Assembly (NCBI GenBank): GCA_963666215.2
Contig: CAXWPL010000001.1
Coordinates: 384,001-448,000, forward strand
Length of the DNA stretch: 64,000 bases
Direction of reading: 5' to 3'
Origin: Acidobacteriota bacterium
GTDB taxonomy: Bacteria > Acidobacteriota > UBA890 > WLXD01
Positions 38,964-48,212 of this stretch are shown piece after piece (position 1 is the stretch's first letter; each line of letters begins with the position of its first letter). The position numbers were made by a program, and so were the translations under genes. A model generated the notes under the pieces. The model searched no databases. It worked only from the letters and a program-made list of their open reading frames with translations, and was not told where the DNA came from.

Positions 38964-39221
38964 TCACACGGGTTCGCCTTCGACGAGCCGCACGAAACGA
39001 TTCGTGCGCGTGTCGCGTTCGAACGTCAGCCAGCGCCGACACCCCTGGGCGTGGAACCAGCGCTCCAGCTGCACTCCCGGCCGGTTGTCGCGCATCCATA
39101 CGCGGTCGAAGTTAGCCTCGATGCTCTCGCGCGCCGTGGGAACGGGATGCACTTCGCCCGAGCACCAGAACTCGGTGAACGGCCTTTCGCCACAATGCGG
39201 GCACGGGACTCGTAGGGCCAT
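38964..39221 (-). CDS. soxD: Sarcosine oxidase subunit delta
   Basis: CPHCGER..EF, RDNRPG, ERWFH..GCRRW...RDTRTN. Confidence 0.9.
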   Translation of the reverse strand: MALRVPCPHCGERPFTEFWCSGEVHPVPTARESIEANFDRVWMRDNRPGVQLERWFHAQGCRRWLTFERDTRTNRFVRLVEGEPV

Positions 39222-39248
39222 GGATTGGAGTGGATTGGAAGCTCGTCC

Positions 39249-39280
39249 TTGCGAAATCTTGCTTGGCCACTATAGGCTAA
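39249..39280. promoter_or_regulatory. Candidate promoter/operator in the divergent soxD-gntR spacer
   Basis: TTGCGA -35-like and TAGGCT -10-like; imperfect palindrome TTGGCC-N6-GGCTAA at 39263-39280. Confidence 0.35.
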
Positions 39281-39351
39281 GACACCTTACCAAAACATGC
39301 CAATCAACGTCCCGGGCGCGCTCCCCGCTCCCCTTCTTTGGATCTTCTCTG

Positions 39352-40098
39352 ATGTTCCACCGGATCGAGACCCGTCGATCCTTTGAGGAAGCGGTCGAGC
39401 AGGTATCGCAAGCACTCCGCGCCGGCGACCTGCAGGCAGGCGACAAGCTCCCGTCGGAGCGCGACCTCGCAATGCTGATGGGTATCAGCCGTCCGACGGT
39501 GCGCGAGGCCATCAAGCTGCTGGGCGACGCCGGCGTCGTCGAAGTGCGCCCGGGCAAGCAGGGCGGCACGTTCGTTGTGTCGGCGCTTGTTCCGAAGAAC
39601 CTGCTCGACGAACGCTCCGATCTTCGGCTGGCGGAGGTGGCCGGTGTGCTCGAGGCCCGGCGACTGTTCGAGCCGCGTGTCGCGCAGCTTGCCGCGTTGC
39701 GCGGCACCGATGATGACTTCGAGGCGTTACGGCAAACCATCGCGCAACAGAAACAAGCTGCCGACAATCACGAGCTCGGCTTGCAGCTCGACCTGCGGTT
39801 CCACTTGCGGATTGCCCGCGCGACACAGAACCCGACGCTCGTGGCGATGATGCGGTACCTGCTCAAACAGCTCGAGATCGCCCGCGACATGGCGCTGCAC
39901 GACGAGCTCGAGTCGCAGCACGCCGTCGCCATCCACGAGCGCACGCTCGAAGCGATCCTGAGTGGCGACCCCGAGCGCGTAGAGATCGCCATGGATGAGC
40001 ACATGGGCTTCCTCGAGCGAATCTGGGAGCAAGAGAGCGGTCGCTCGCGGCTGCGCCGCACTCCCGACTTCTTGTTGCCCTATGCGGAGCGTGTCTAG
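39352..40098 (+). CDS. GntR/FadR family transcriptional regulator (FCD domain)
   Basis: GDKLPSERDLA..MGISRPTVREA, EARRLFEP, DLRFHLRIARATQN. Confidence 0.93.
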   Translation: MFHRIETRRSFEEAVEQVSQALRAGDLQAGDKLPSERDLAMLMGISRPTVREAIKLLGDAGVVEVRPGKQGGTFVVSALVPKNLLDERSDLRLAEVAGVLEARRLFEPRVAQLAALRGTDDDFEALRQTIAQQKQAADNHELGLQLDLRFHLRIARATQNPTLVAMMRYLLKQLEIARDMALHDELESQHAVAIHERTLEAILSGDPERVEIAMDEHMGFLERIWEQESGRSRLRRTPDFLLPYAERV

Positions 40099-40167
40099 CA
40101 GGGCGGGCCGAATGCCGCCAGCGCCGGACTCGCCACTGAGACCCGACCGCCGAATGGAGGACTCCCC

Positions 40168-40410
40168 TTGCATCTACTTCATGGACGGCGCCGCAGCGTC
40201 GCGCTCCTCGTCTTCCTCCTGTTGCCGCTCCCGGCTCTCGCGCAAGAGCTCATCGAGCGCTACGGGGGCGTGAAGTGGACCATCAAGTCGGGCCGCGTCT
40301 ACGACGCTGAGGCGCTGCTATCCGATGTCCGATTGATGGTCCATCAGGACAAAGAACGCCTCGGCATTCCGCCTGGCCCAATGCGGTGGGTCGACCAGGA
40401 ACAGCCGTAG
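40168..40410 (+). pseudogene. Amidohydrolase remnant: signal peptide joined to the extreme C-terminus
   Basis: GGAGG RBS and TTG; signal ...LPLPALAQE fused to RYGGVKWTIKSGRVYDAEALLSDVRLMV, which aligns by eye with the tail of the adjacent amidohydrolase. Confidence 0.7.
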
Positions 40411-40481
40411 CCACCGCGGCCGACTTGGCAAGGAGGGAGCCACGGCCACGAGATCTGCCGCGAACTCGTGCTTCAGCGACC

Positions 40482-42200
40482 TCAGCGCTCCTGCCCCGAT
40501 TCGGGACGCTGGAACGACTCCGTCGGCGGACGCATCATCCATTCGGGGAACGGCAAGAACGGCGAGTTCACCACATCGGGGCCGGCGTCTTTTTTCGACT
40601 CGGCCACCATGCGCGCGACCTCTTCCATGACCTTGGCGTTGTCAACCACGACGCCGTCTTTGATCGTGTAGACGATGCCCTGCGTCCTGTACATGCTGTG
40701 ATCCGGGTTCTTGCGGATAGCCCCGAACGGATAGAGATACCGCAAGTTCTCCGCCGGGTTGCCATCGACGATCAGCAGGTCGGCCAGATACCCGGGCCGT
40801 ACGAGACCGAGGTTCTTCTCGCCCAGGATCTCGGCGCTGTTCTGATTGGCTGAGCGCAGCACCTCGAGCGAATGCAGACCGGCTTCGCGCAGCAACTGCA
40901 GCTCGCGGATGTTGCCGAAGCCACCGGTGGACCACTGGTAGTTGTCGTCGGTGCCGAAGACGACCTTGCCACCGCGCTTGTTGAACTCGAAGATGAGCTC
41001 GCCCCACAGGTTGTACATGTACTGCCAGTAGTACTCGTCGTCCGACGTCCAGTCGTAGTGGAAAACGGCGTGGTTGCGCGGGTTCGGCAGGTGCATGTCC
41101 CACAGCGCCTGGTGGGTGTACTTCTCATGCCACGGCAGGCTCATGCCACGTATGACGTCGCGGTTGGCCTCGTAGGTGGAGCGATTCGGCTGCATCATGA
41201 CGCCGCTGTCGACCAGCTTCTGCACGACCTCGGTGAGCAATCGCTTGCGGGTCTCGGGGTTCTTGCCGACCTCGAGCCATACTCGCGCAGCCTCGCGAAA
41301 ACGCTCGTTCTCGTCGTAGAAATCGTAGTCGCGTGGGTAGTCCTGCACCTGGCGATCGAGAGCCGACTCGGCGTAGCCGTAGTGGTGCACGATCATCGTC
41401 ACGCCGAGCTCGGCCGCGTCGAGCGCATTGACCACCGACGTGCTCGACGGCTGGATGTGCACCGCCGTGATTCCGCCCGCCGCTTTCACGGCTTGGGCCG
41501 CGGCGCCGAACAGCTCGCGGTTCCAGCACAGCGAGTTCAGATAGACCTGGCGCGCCCCGGCGTCGACCATGGCCTGGGCAATCTCGGGAGCCATGGCCGG
41601 ATCTACCAGCTCCTCGGGGGAAAAGCTGACACCCTGACCCCACGACCAAAGCGGAAACATACGCGGCGCGAGAATTTCGTTGCGCGCGCTGCGCCCGGCT
41701 TCGGTCATGACCTCGTCGAGACCGCGGTCGGATGCCGGGCCGACCGTGGTGACGCCGGTAGCGAGCTGCAGATAGTAGACGTACTCGAGAGGCAGCGGCT
41801 CCTCACGGAGGTGCAGGTGGAGGTTGATCAAGCCCGGCATGACGTGTTTGCCGGTAGCGTCGATCACGCGATCGCCCTCGAGACGTTCCCATTCATCCTC
41901 CGGCGTGTAGGGATCGAAGCGGCGCATTTCCGTGATGAGGTTGCCCTCGATCAGGATGTCGTAGGTCCCCACCGACGGGCCGCCGTGGCCGGGCAGCACG
42001 TTGGCGCCGCGGATGACCAGGCGCTCGTAGGGCCCCTCCGCCATGTCGCCGAACTGCCGGGCGTTCGCAGCTTCGCGGCGAATCGCGGTAATCGGCTCTT
42101 GTCCCGTCGCCGGAACCGAATAGGCGAGCGTGGGCAGCAGAAGTGCGATCAGGGTCGGAATCGAAGCGGCGCGCGACGACCTCGCGGTTCTGTTTGGCAT
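40482..42200 (-). CDS. Secreted amidohydrolase family protein
   Basis: RVIDATGKHVMPGLINLHLH, GVTTV, FGTDD, GLVRPGYLADLLIVDGNP. Confidence 0.88.
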   Translation of the reverse strand: MPNRTARSSRAASIPTLIALLLPTLAYSVPATGQEPITAIRREAANARQFGDMAEGPYERLVIRGANVLPGHGGPSVGTYDILIEGNLITEMRRFDPYTPEDEWERLEGDRVIDATGKHVMPGLINLHLHLREEPLPLEYVYYLQLATGVTTVGPASDRGLDEVMTEAGRSARNEILAPRMFPLWSWGQGVSFSPEELVDPAMAPEIAQAMVDAGARQVYLNSLCWNRELFGAAAQAVKAAGGITAVHIQPSSTSVVNALDAAELGVTMIVHHYGYAESALDRQVQDYPRDYDFYDENERFREAARVWLEVGKNPETRKRLLTEVVQKLVDSGVMMQPNRSTYEANRDVIRGMSLPWHEKYTHQALWDMHLPNPRNHAVFHYDWTSDDEYYWQYMYNLWGELIFEFNKRGGKVVFGTDDNYQWSTGGFGNIRELQLLREAGLHSLEVLRSANQNSAEILGEKNLGLVRPGYLADLLIVDGNPAENLRYLYPFGAIRKNPDHSMYRTQGIVYTIKDGVVVDNAKVMEEVARMVAESKKDAGPDVVNSPFLPFPEWMMRPPTESFQRPESGQER

Positions 42201-42394
42201 GGTGACTCCGCTGTTGGATGGACGGCAGGTAGCCGAAGCATAGTGCGTTCGCCTGGACAGCTCCGCCTCGTTGACTACAATCGCCCCCGACTCAGAAATT
42301 TCGATCTCGCCCTCGAGCTACGAGCGCGAATGAGCCCTCGACTCCCGGCGAGCCCACGCCGTCCGTCGGGCGCTCGCGGCGCCGGAGGATCATC

Positions 42395-42840
42395 ATGAGC
42401 ACGAATCGGAGAGGCTTTCTCAAACTCGCCGGCGGCGGCGCTGTAGCTGCCGGCGTCATCGGCTCCGCCTCGCACGTCGTGGCAAACGAGGCCTCCTCGG
42501 CCGCGGGCGACCCGGGATCCGAAATCCTCGAATCGCTGTTCGCAGCGAACGGGTCGGCTGAAGGCGGCACACCCGGCTCGGTCGACCCAGAGGAGCGCCG
42601 CCGGCTCCTCGCCAAGGCCGTCTTCGGCGCCAAGGAGCCGGCCGAAGGCGACGGTGGCATGGTGATCTGCGCCCAACCACTGGGCACCCGCGCCGGTACC
42701 GACATCTTGCGCGCCGGGGGCAACGCCGCCGATGCGGCTCTGGCGACATCGGTCACGCAGTGCGTCGTAGAGCCGCATATGACGGGAATTACCGGCGTCC
42801 TCGGCATGCTCTATTACGACGCCGCCAGCGGTAGCGCCGG
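42395..42840 (+). pseudogene. ggt: Truncated Tat-exported gamma-glutamyltransferase
   Basis: NRRGFLK Tat motif; GMV...QPLGTRAGTDILRAGGNAADAA...VVEPHMTGITG...YYDA; similarity ends near 42835. Confidence 0.8.
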
Positions 42841-43210
42841 CTGTTCGAGACCCCGCCGCTCGCCCGAGACGCGGCCCCTCAGTCGATGTCGACCAGCACC
42901 TTGCCGAGGGCACCCGACTCGACTCCACGTCGAGGTCACCACGGTACGCGAGCAGTTGCGCTGCGTGCAGATCGGCAACGGTCCCGCCCGCCCAGTCGCC
43001 GACACGACGGTCGAGATCGGCTGGCGAGACGCCGGGAGGCGTCAACGCGCTCGCCAGCTCGACGGGCAACAGGGCCACGAGTCCTGGAGGCGCGCCGGCT
43101 ACGAGCTCGACGTTGAACGGCATGCGAAGGCCTCCGCCTCCAGTCCCGCGAACACCGCTCGCGCCGCGAACGGGCCTACTCGCGAGAGTAGCGTCCGCGT
43201 CGACCGCGCA

Positions 43211-45298
43211 CTAGTTTTCGTCGGGGAGGGACAGCGCCACGAGCGAACCGGAGTACCCCCCGCCGCCAACCGGCAAGACGACGTACTGCTTGCCCTGGTG
43301 CATGAAGGTCATCGGCGCAGTGTTCGTCGGCGCGGGGATCTCGACGGTGCCAATCCGCTCGCCAGTGCGCTTGTCGACGGCGTACAGCAAAGGTGCGCCG
43401 CCGCGGCCCTCGGCGTACATCAGCAGCGTCTTGGTCACGACCTTGGTCGCGTGGCTACCGCTCCCGGTGTTGCCAATGTCGATGCCCTGCAGCGCGCGGT
43501 GGTTCTTGATGTTGTCGGGCGTGTCGCCGTTGGGGATCCACCACAGGTGCTCCCCGGTGTTGAGGTCGATCGCCGTGATGCGCCCGTAGGGTGGCTTGTA
43601 GATCGGCAGACCCTGGACGCGAGGCGTGCCGCCGGGGCTGGTGGTGACCCACTTCATCACGGTCTTGCCGATGGGGTTCGGATCAACCGCGTCGGCCTCC
43701 GGGCCGGGGATGAGAACGGGCGCTGAACACCCCTTCGTGGAGGCGACATAGAGAATGTTGGTCTCCGGGTCCACAACCGCGCCGCCGGGGATGTTGGTGC
43801 CGCCGTTCGAGCCGGGGCAGTGGATCGAGGCGCGCAGCCCCAAGTCGTTGTCGCGATGCAGCGGCGGCGTGAACAGCGGGCCGATCTCGAACTCGCCGAT
43901 CATCTCGAGCGCCGCTTGTCGCAGCTCGGGAGTGAAGTCGATCAGATCGTCTTCCGTGAGCCCTTGCATCTCGTACGCTGCGGGCCGAGTTGGAAACGGC
44001 TGCGTGGGCGAGGTCTTCTCGCCCGGGATCTTGCTCTGCGGAACGGCGCGCTCCTCGATCGGCCACACCGGCTCGCCGGTTTCGCGATTCAAGACGTACG
44101 CGAAGCTCTGCTTGGTGGTCTGCACAATGGCCGGAACGCGGCGACCGTTGACCGTGAGGTCGACCAGGTTCGGTGCGGTGGGGTTGTCGTAGTTCCAGAT
44201 GTCGTGGTGCACCGTCTGGAAATGCCAGCGGCGCTCGCCGGTGGCGACGTCGACGGCAACGATCGTCGTGGCGAACAGGTTCTGGCCGTGGTGGAACCCA
44301 CCCCAGAAGTCGTTCGTCGGCGGATCGGTGGCGAAATAGACCAGGCCGAGCTCCGGATCGGCCGACATCGGCGCCCAGGCCGAGACGTTGCCGGTGTACG
44401 ACCAGGCGTCGCTCTCCCACGTGTCGTGACCGAACTCTCCGGGCTGCGGAATGACGTTGAACTTCCACAGGTGCTCGCCGGTGCGCGCATCGTAGGCAAG
44501 CACGTTTCCGGGAACGTTCTCGCGACGCGTCTGGTGGTAGCCCTGCTCGTGTGAGTTGCCCACAACCACCACGCCGTTGACGACAATCGGCGCCGACGAC
44601 GCGGTGATGTAGCCCACGTCGAGGGGCAAACCCGCGTCTTCGTCGTACTCGTAGTCGCCCAGATCCTCGAGCAGGTCCACGCTGCCCTCGCTGCCGAACG
44701 ATTCGATAGGACGACCGGTGTTGGCATCGAGCGCGTGGAGTCGGAACGCCGGCGACACCATGTAGACCACGCCGCGACGATCGACCTCGGAGTACGCAAC
44801 CCCCTTGCCGTAGTTCTTCCGCATCGAGTTTTCCCAGCGCTTGCTGGTGGGCTCGCGGAATATCCACAGCGTTTCGCCGGTGGCCGGATCGATGGCCATC
44901 ACCGTGCGTCGCTGCCCGGCCACGCTGTAGAGCGTGCCGTTCACATAGATCGGCGTAGAGCGCAGGATGTTGTCGACGAACGGACCGTAGTTGTCACCCT
45001 TCCATACCCACGCTACCTCGAGATCCTCGAAGTTCTCGGCGTTGATCTGGTCGAGCGGCGAGTAGCGAGTGCTGCGCGTGTCGCCGCCCCAGAAGCGCCA
45101 CTCACCGTTCTCGGTGCCAATGCCCAACTGCTGCGCGGCGGCGGGAGGTTGCGTGGTCGCGAAGATCGCGCCTACCGCGGCAAGAGCAGCGAGACCAACC
45201 AGCAGGCTAGCGCGACGAAACGGTCCTCTTCCGGCAAAGCTCACGGCATCACTCCATGCATGGTTTTTCCCGGGTATTCGCGCCCGGATGATACACAT
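43211..45298 (-). CDS. PQQ-dependent (quinoprotein glucose) dehydrogenase family
   Basis: TRYSPLDQINAEN, GNVSAWAPMSADPELG, WHFQTVHHDIWNYD, KPPYGRITAIDL, PMTF. True start probably downstream of 45298. Confidence 0.92.
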   Translation of the reverse strand: MCIIRARIPGKNHAWSDAVSFAGRGPFRRASLLVGLAALAAVGAIFATTQPPAAAQQLGIGTENGEWRFWGGDTRSTRYSPLDQINAENFEDLEVAWVWKGDNYGPFVDNILRSTPIYVNGTLYSVAGQRRTVMAIDPATGETLWIFREPTSKRWENSMRKNYGKGVAYSEVDRRGVVYMVSPAFRLHALDANTGRPIESFGSEGSVDLLEDLGDYEYDEDAGLPLDVGYITASSAPIVVNGVVVVGNSHEQGYHQTRRENVPGNVLAYDARTGEHLWKFNVIPQPGEFGHDTWESDAWSYTGNVSAWAPMSADPELGLVYFATDPPTNDFWGGFHHGQNLFATTIVAVDVATGERRWHFQTVHHDIWNYDNPTAPNLVDLTVNGRRVPAIVQTTKQSFAYVLNRETGEPVWPIEERAVPQSKIPGEKTSPTQPFPTRPAAYEMQGLTEDDLIDFTPELRQAALEMIGEFEIGPLFTPPLHRDNDLGLRASIHCPGSNGGTNIPGGAVVDPETNILYVASTKGCSAPVLIPGPEADAVDPNPIGKTVMKWVTTSPGGTPRVQGLPIYKPPYGRITAIDLNTGEHLWWIPNGDTPDNIKNHRALQGIDIGNTGSGSHATKVVTKTLLMYAEGRGGAPLLYAVDKRTGERIGTVEIPAPTNTAPMTFMHQGKQYVVLPVGGGGYSGSLVALSLPDEN

Positions 45299-45387
45299 AC
45301 GTGGCTCGAGTCAAAACGGCGAGCACCGTAAGTCTTGCGGCCTCACCCGGGTGGCCTATGACATAGCGCGAGAGCGCTGGGCTCCTG

Positions 45388-46569
45388 CTACTGTTCGCTC
45401 GTGGGCCACGGCGCGCCCTGGTCCATCTTCGTTACCGGTCCGAGCCCCTTGTAGACGAAGCGCTGCACTCGTTTCCCCTCGTAGGTCTCGGTGGTGAAGA
45501 TGTTGCCCTTCGAGTCGGTGGCAATGCTGTGGACTGCGAAAAACTGGCCCGGCTGGCGGCCGCCATCGCCGAAGGTGGTAAGGATCTCCAGCGACTCGCG
45601 GTCCATCACGTAGACGCGCTCGTTCTTCCCATCGGCGACGTACATGAAGCGCTGCTCGGGGTCGCGTGAAAAGGCGATGTCCCAAATCGACCCGTCGCCA
45701 AGCGTAAGTGGGGCGACGATCTTTTCGGTGACGAACGTACCGTCGCTACGGAACACCTGAATGCGATCGTTCGGGCGATCGCAAACGTAAACGAACCCAT
45801 CGTCCGACGGCTCAGCACAATGCACCGGCGTGCGGAACTGCTGGGCCAACGCGGCGGCAGGATCGTAGGGTCCGAGGTCGGTGTCGTCGGGACGGTTTCC
45901 GTACGCGCCCCAGTAGCGCTTGAACTCCCCCGTGCTGGCGTCGATCACCGCCACCCGCGCGTTGCCGTAGCCGTCTGCCACGTAGGCCTCGCGACCGGTG
46001 GAATCGAACGAGATCTTGGCGACGCGGCCGAACCGCTCGGTGCTGTTGCTGTCGACTTCCTCTATTCCAGGTATGCCGACCTGCATCAGAAAGCGGCCGT
46101 CGCGGGTGAACTTCAGCACGTGCGAGTCACCCCGGCGCCAGCCACCGATCCAGACGTTGTCGTTCGGGTCGATGGTGATCCCGTGATTACCGAGGGGCCA
46201 CGTGTAGCCCTCGCCGGGGCCGCCCCAACTGCCCACCAGGTTGCCTTCGGGGTCGAACTCGAGAATGGGTGGTGCCGGGACGCAGCACCCGCCCGTCGGG
46301 GGACCCTCGGTCGCAGCGATCTCGGTACTCTCGTTTAAGGTGTCCTGCCGATGGATGATGAAGACGTGATCGCGTGAGTCGACGCCAACGCCGATCGACG
46401 AGCCGATGACCCAGTGGTTGGGCAGAGGCTTGGGCCAAAACGGATCGACCTCGAACATCGGTGCCTCCACCGTTTGGGCCAGCGCGCGGCGCTCGAGAAC
46501 GTTGGCTCCAACCGACAGCCCGCCGATTGTCAGCAGCAGAATCAAACCCATCACCAACCTGCGCGTCAT
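45388..46569 (-). CDS. Secreted NHL-repeat protein (peptidyl-alpha-hydroxyglycine lyase-like)
   Basis: FEVDPFWPKPLPNHW, NHGITID, YVADGYGN, CDRPNDRIQVF, HSIATDSKGN. Confidence 0.85.
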   Translation of the reverse strand: MTRRLVMGLILLLTIGGLSVGANVLERRALAQTVEAPMFEVDPFWPKPLPNHWVIGSSIGVGVDSRDHVFIIHRQDTLNESTEIAATEGPPTGGCCVPAPPILEFDPEGNLVGSWGGPGEGYTWPLGNHGITIDPNDNVWIGGWRRGDSHVLKFTRDGRFLMQVGIPGIEEVDSNSTERFGRVAKISFDSTGREAYVADGYGNARVAVIDASTGEFKRYWGAYGNRPDDTDLGPYDPAAALAQQFRTPVHCAEPSDDGFVYVCDRPNDRIQVFRSDGTFVTEKIVAPLTLGDGSIWDIAFSRDPEQRFMYVADGKNERVYVMDRESLEILTTFGDGGRQPGQFFAVHSIATDSKGNIFTTETYEGKRVQRFVYKGLGPVTKMDQGAPWPTSEQ

Positions 46570-46766
46570 TCGCTCCCTCCTTCGATGCCAGCCGCTCGAT
46601 GTCGTCAAGATTTGTCGACCACCGCGACCGTGGGCCGAGGCGCGCGGAGTATACGCCGACGAACGATCGATTCCCACGACGGAGCCCTCTTGGGCCGGCC
46701 TGTTCGACAGGTCACTGTTTGCATAAGCTGGCGGCTCCTTCGCCTCCCGCCGGGATTCACCGAGCC

Positions 46767-48128
46767 ATGACGAACCGACGACGACGAGCGCTCCCTGCCG
46801 CTTTGACGTTCGCGCTTGCCGCGCCGTTGATGGCCAACGCCCATGAGGTGCCGTCGGATGTAACCGTGCAGATGTTCGTTCGCCCGGCCGGCGACCGGCT
46901 CGAGCTCCTGGTGCGCGTGCCCCTCGAGGCCATGCGCGACCTCGACCTGCCGCTCCGGGGCCCCGGCTACCTCGACCTCGCCAATGTCGAGCGCCTCGAG
47001 CCGGCTCTGCGCTACGCGGCGATGGTGTGGATCGCCGACGGGGTCGAAGTCTTTGAGCAAGATCGTCAGCTGCAAACATGGGAGCTCGTCTCGGCGCGAC
47101 TCTCGCTGCCCTCCGACCGGTCGTTTGCCGACTACAGCACGGCGGCCGCGCACGCTCGCGGTGAACAGACTCCGGAGATCAACACCGACCTCGTCTGGCA
47201 GCAGGCGCTTCTCGACGTTGTGCTGGAGTACCCGATCGAATCAGAGCGCTCGGAGTTCTCGATCGAGCCGGCGCTCGCCCACCTCGGGGTGAGAACGAGC
47301 ACCGTGCTGCGGTTCATCACACCCGATGGAGCCGACCGCGCCTTCCAGTACCTGGGCGATCCGGGCCTCGTCCGGCTCGATCCTCGCTGGCACCAGGCAG
47401 CCCTACGATTCGTGGCGCTCGGCTTCAACCACATCCTCGATGGCATCGACCATCTCTTATTCTTGCTCTGTCTGATCATTCCGATCCGACGGTTCCGGCC
47501 GCTTGTCGCAATCGTGACGTCGTTCACCGTGGCGCACTCGATCACGCTCGTAGCATCGGCCGTTGGCCTGGCCCCAGGCGCACTCTGGTTCCCGCCGCTC
47601 ATCGAAACTCTGATTGCCGCGTCGATCGTCTACATGGCAATCGAGAACATTGTCGACGTTGATGGCAAGGGGCTGCGACGCCGCTGGATGATCGCCTTCG
47701 CTTTCGGCCTGGTGCACGGCTTTGGCTTCTCGTTCGCGCTGCGCGAGACGCTGCAATTCGCCGGCTCGCACCTGTTGACGTCGCTGCTGGCGTTCAACGT
47801 GGGCGTCGAGCTCGGTCAGCTCGTGGTGCTGGCGGTCACGGTGCCGGCGCTCGGCCTTCTGTTCGCCCGTATGACCACCGCCAAGGGCAAAGTTGTCGCC
47901 TGGGTTCTCTCCGCGATCCTTGCCCACGAGGCATGGCACTGGATGACGTCCCGCGGCTCGGAGCTCAGCCAATACAGCTTCGAATGGCCCACCCTGGACC
48001 CGTTTCTACTGCCCACGCTGATGCGCTGGGCGACGCTGGCGTTCATCCTCGCCGCCGCCGTCTGGCTCCTGCGCGAGCTGTTCGGCCGCGCTCATGAGCT
48101 CGGTCCCGAGTCGGGCTCGTCGGGCTAG
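46767..48128 (+). CDS. HupE/UreJ family membrane protein
   Basis: ANAHEV signal; GFNHILDGIDHLLFL, FTVAHSITL, FGLVHGFGF, FNVGVELGQ. Confidence 0.9.
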   Translation: MTNRRRRALPAALTFALAAPLMANAHEVPSDVTVQMFVRPAGDRLELLVRVPLEAMRDLDLPLRGPGYLDLANVERLEPALRYAAMVWIADGVEVFEQDRQLQTWELVSARLSLPSDRSFADYSTAAAHARGEQTPEINTDLVWQQALLDVVLEYPIESERSEFSIEPALAHLGVRTSTVLRFITPDGADRAFQYLGDPGLVRLDPRWHQAALRFVALGFNHILDGIDHLLFLLCLIIPIRRFRPLVAIVTSFTVAHSITLVASAVGLAPGALWFPPLIETLIAASIVYMAIENIVDVDGKGLRRRWMIAFAFGLVHGFGFSFALRETLQFAGSHLLTSLLAFNVGVELGQLVVLAVTVPALGLLFARMTTAKGKVVAWVLSAILAHEAWHWMTSRGSELSQYSFEWPTLDPFLLPTLMRWATLAFILAAAVWLLRELFGRAHELGPESGSSG

Positions 48129-48212
48129 CTTGGCTGCCAATGAGCTGGGCCGGTGGGGCGATCCGACCCCATTCGAGCCAGTCGACCTAGCCGGGCTACC
48201 AGGCCCACTGGG

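Noticed and set aside
42840-43726. C-terminal two-thirds of the 443-aa GGT ORF
   Set aside because: No GGT motifs; mostly antisense to the PQQ dehydrogenase.
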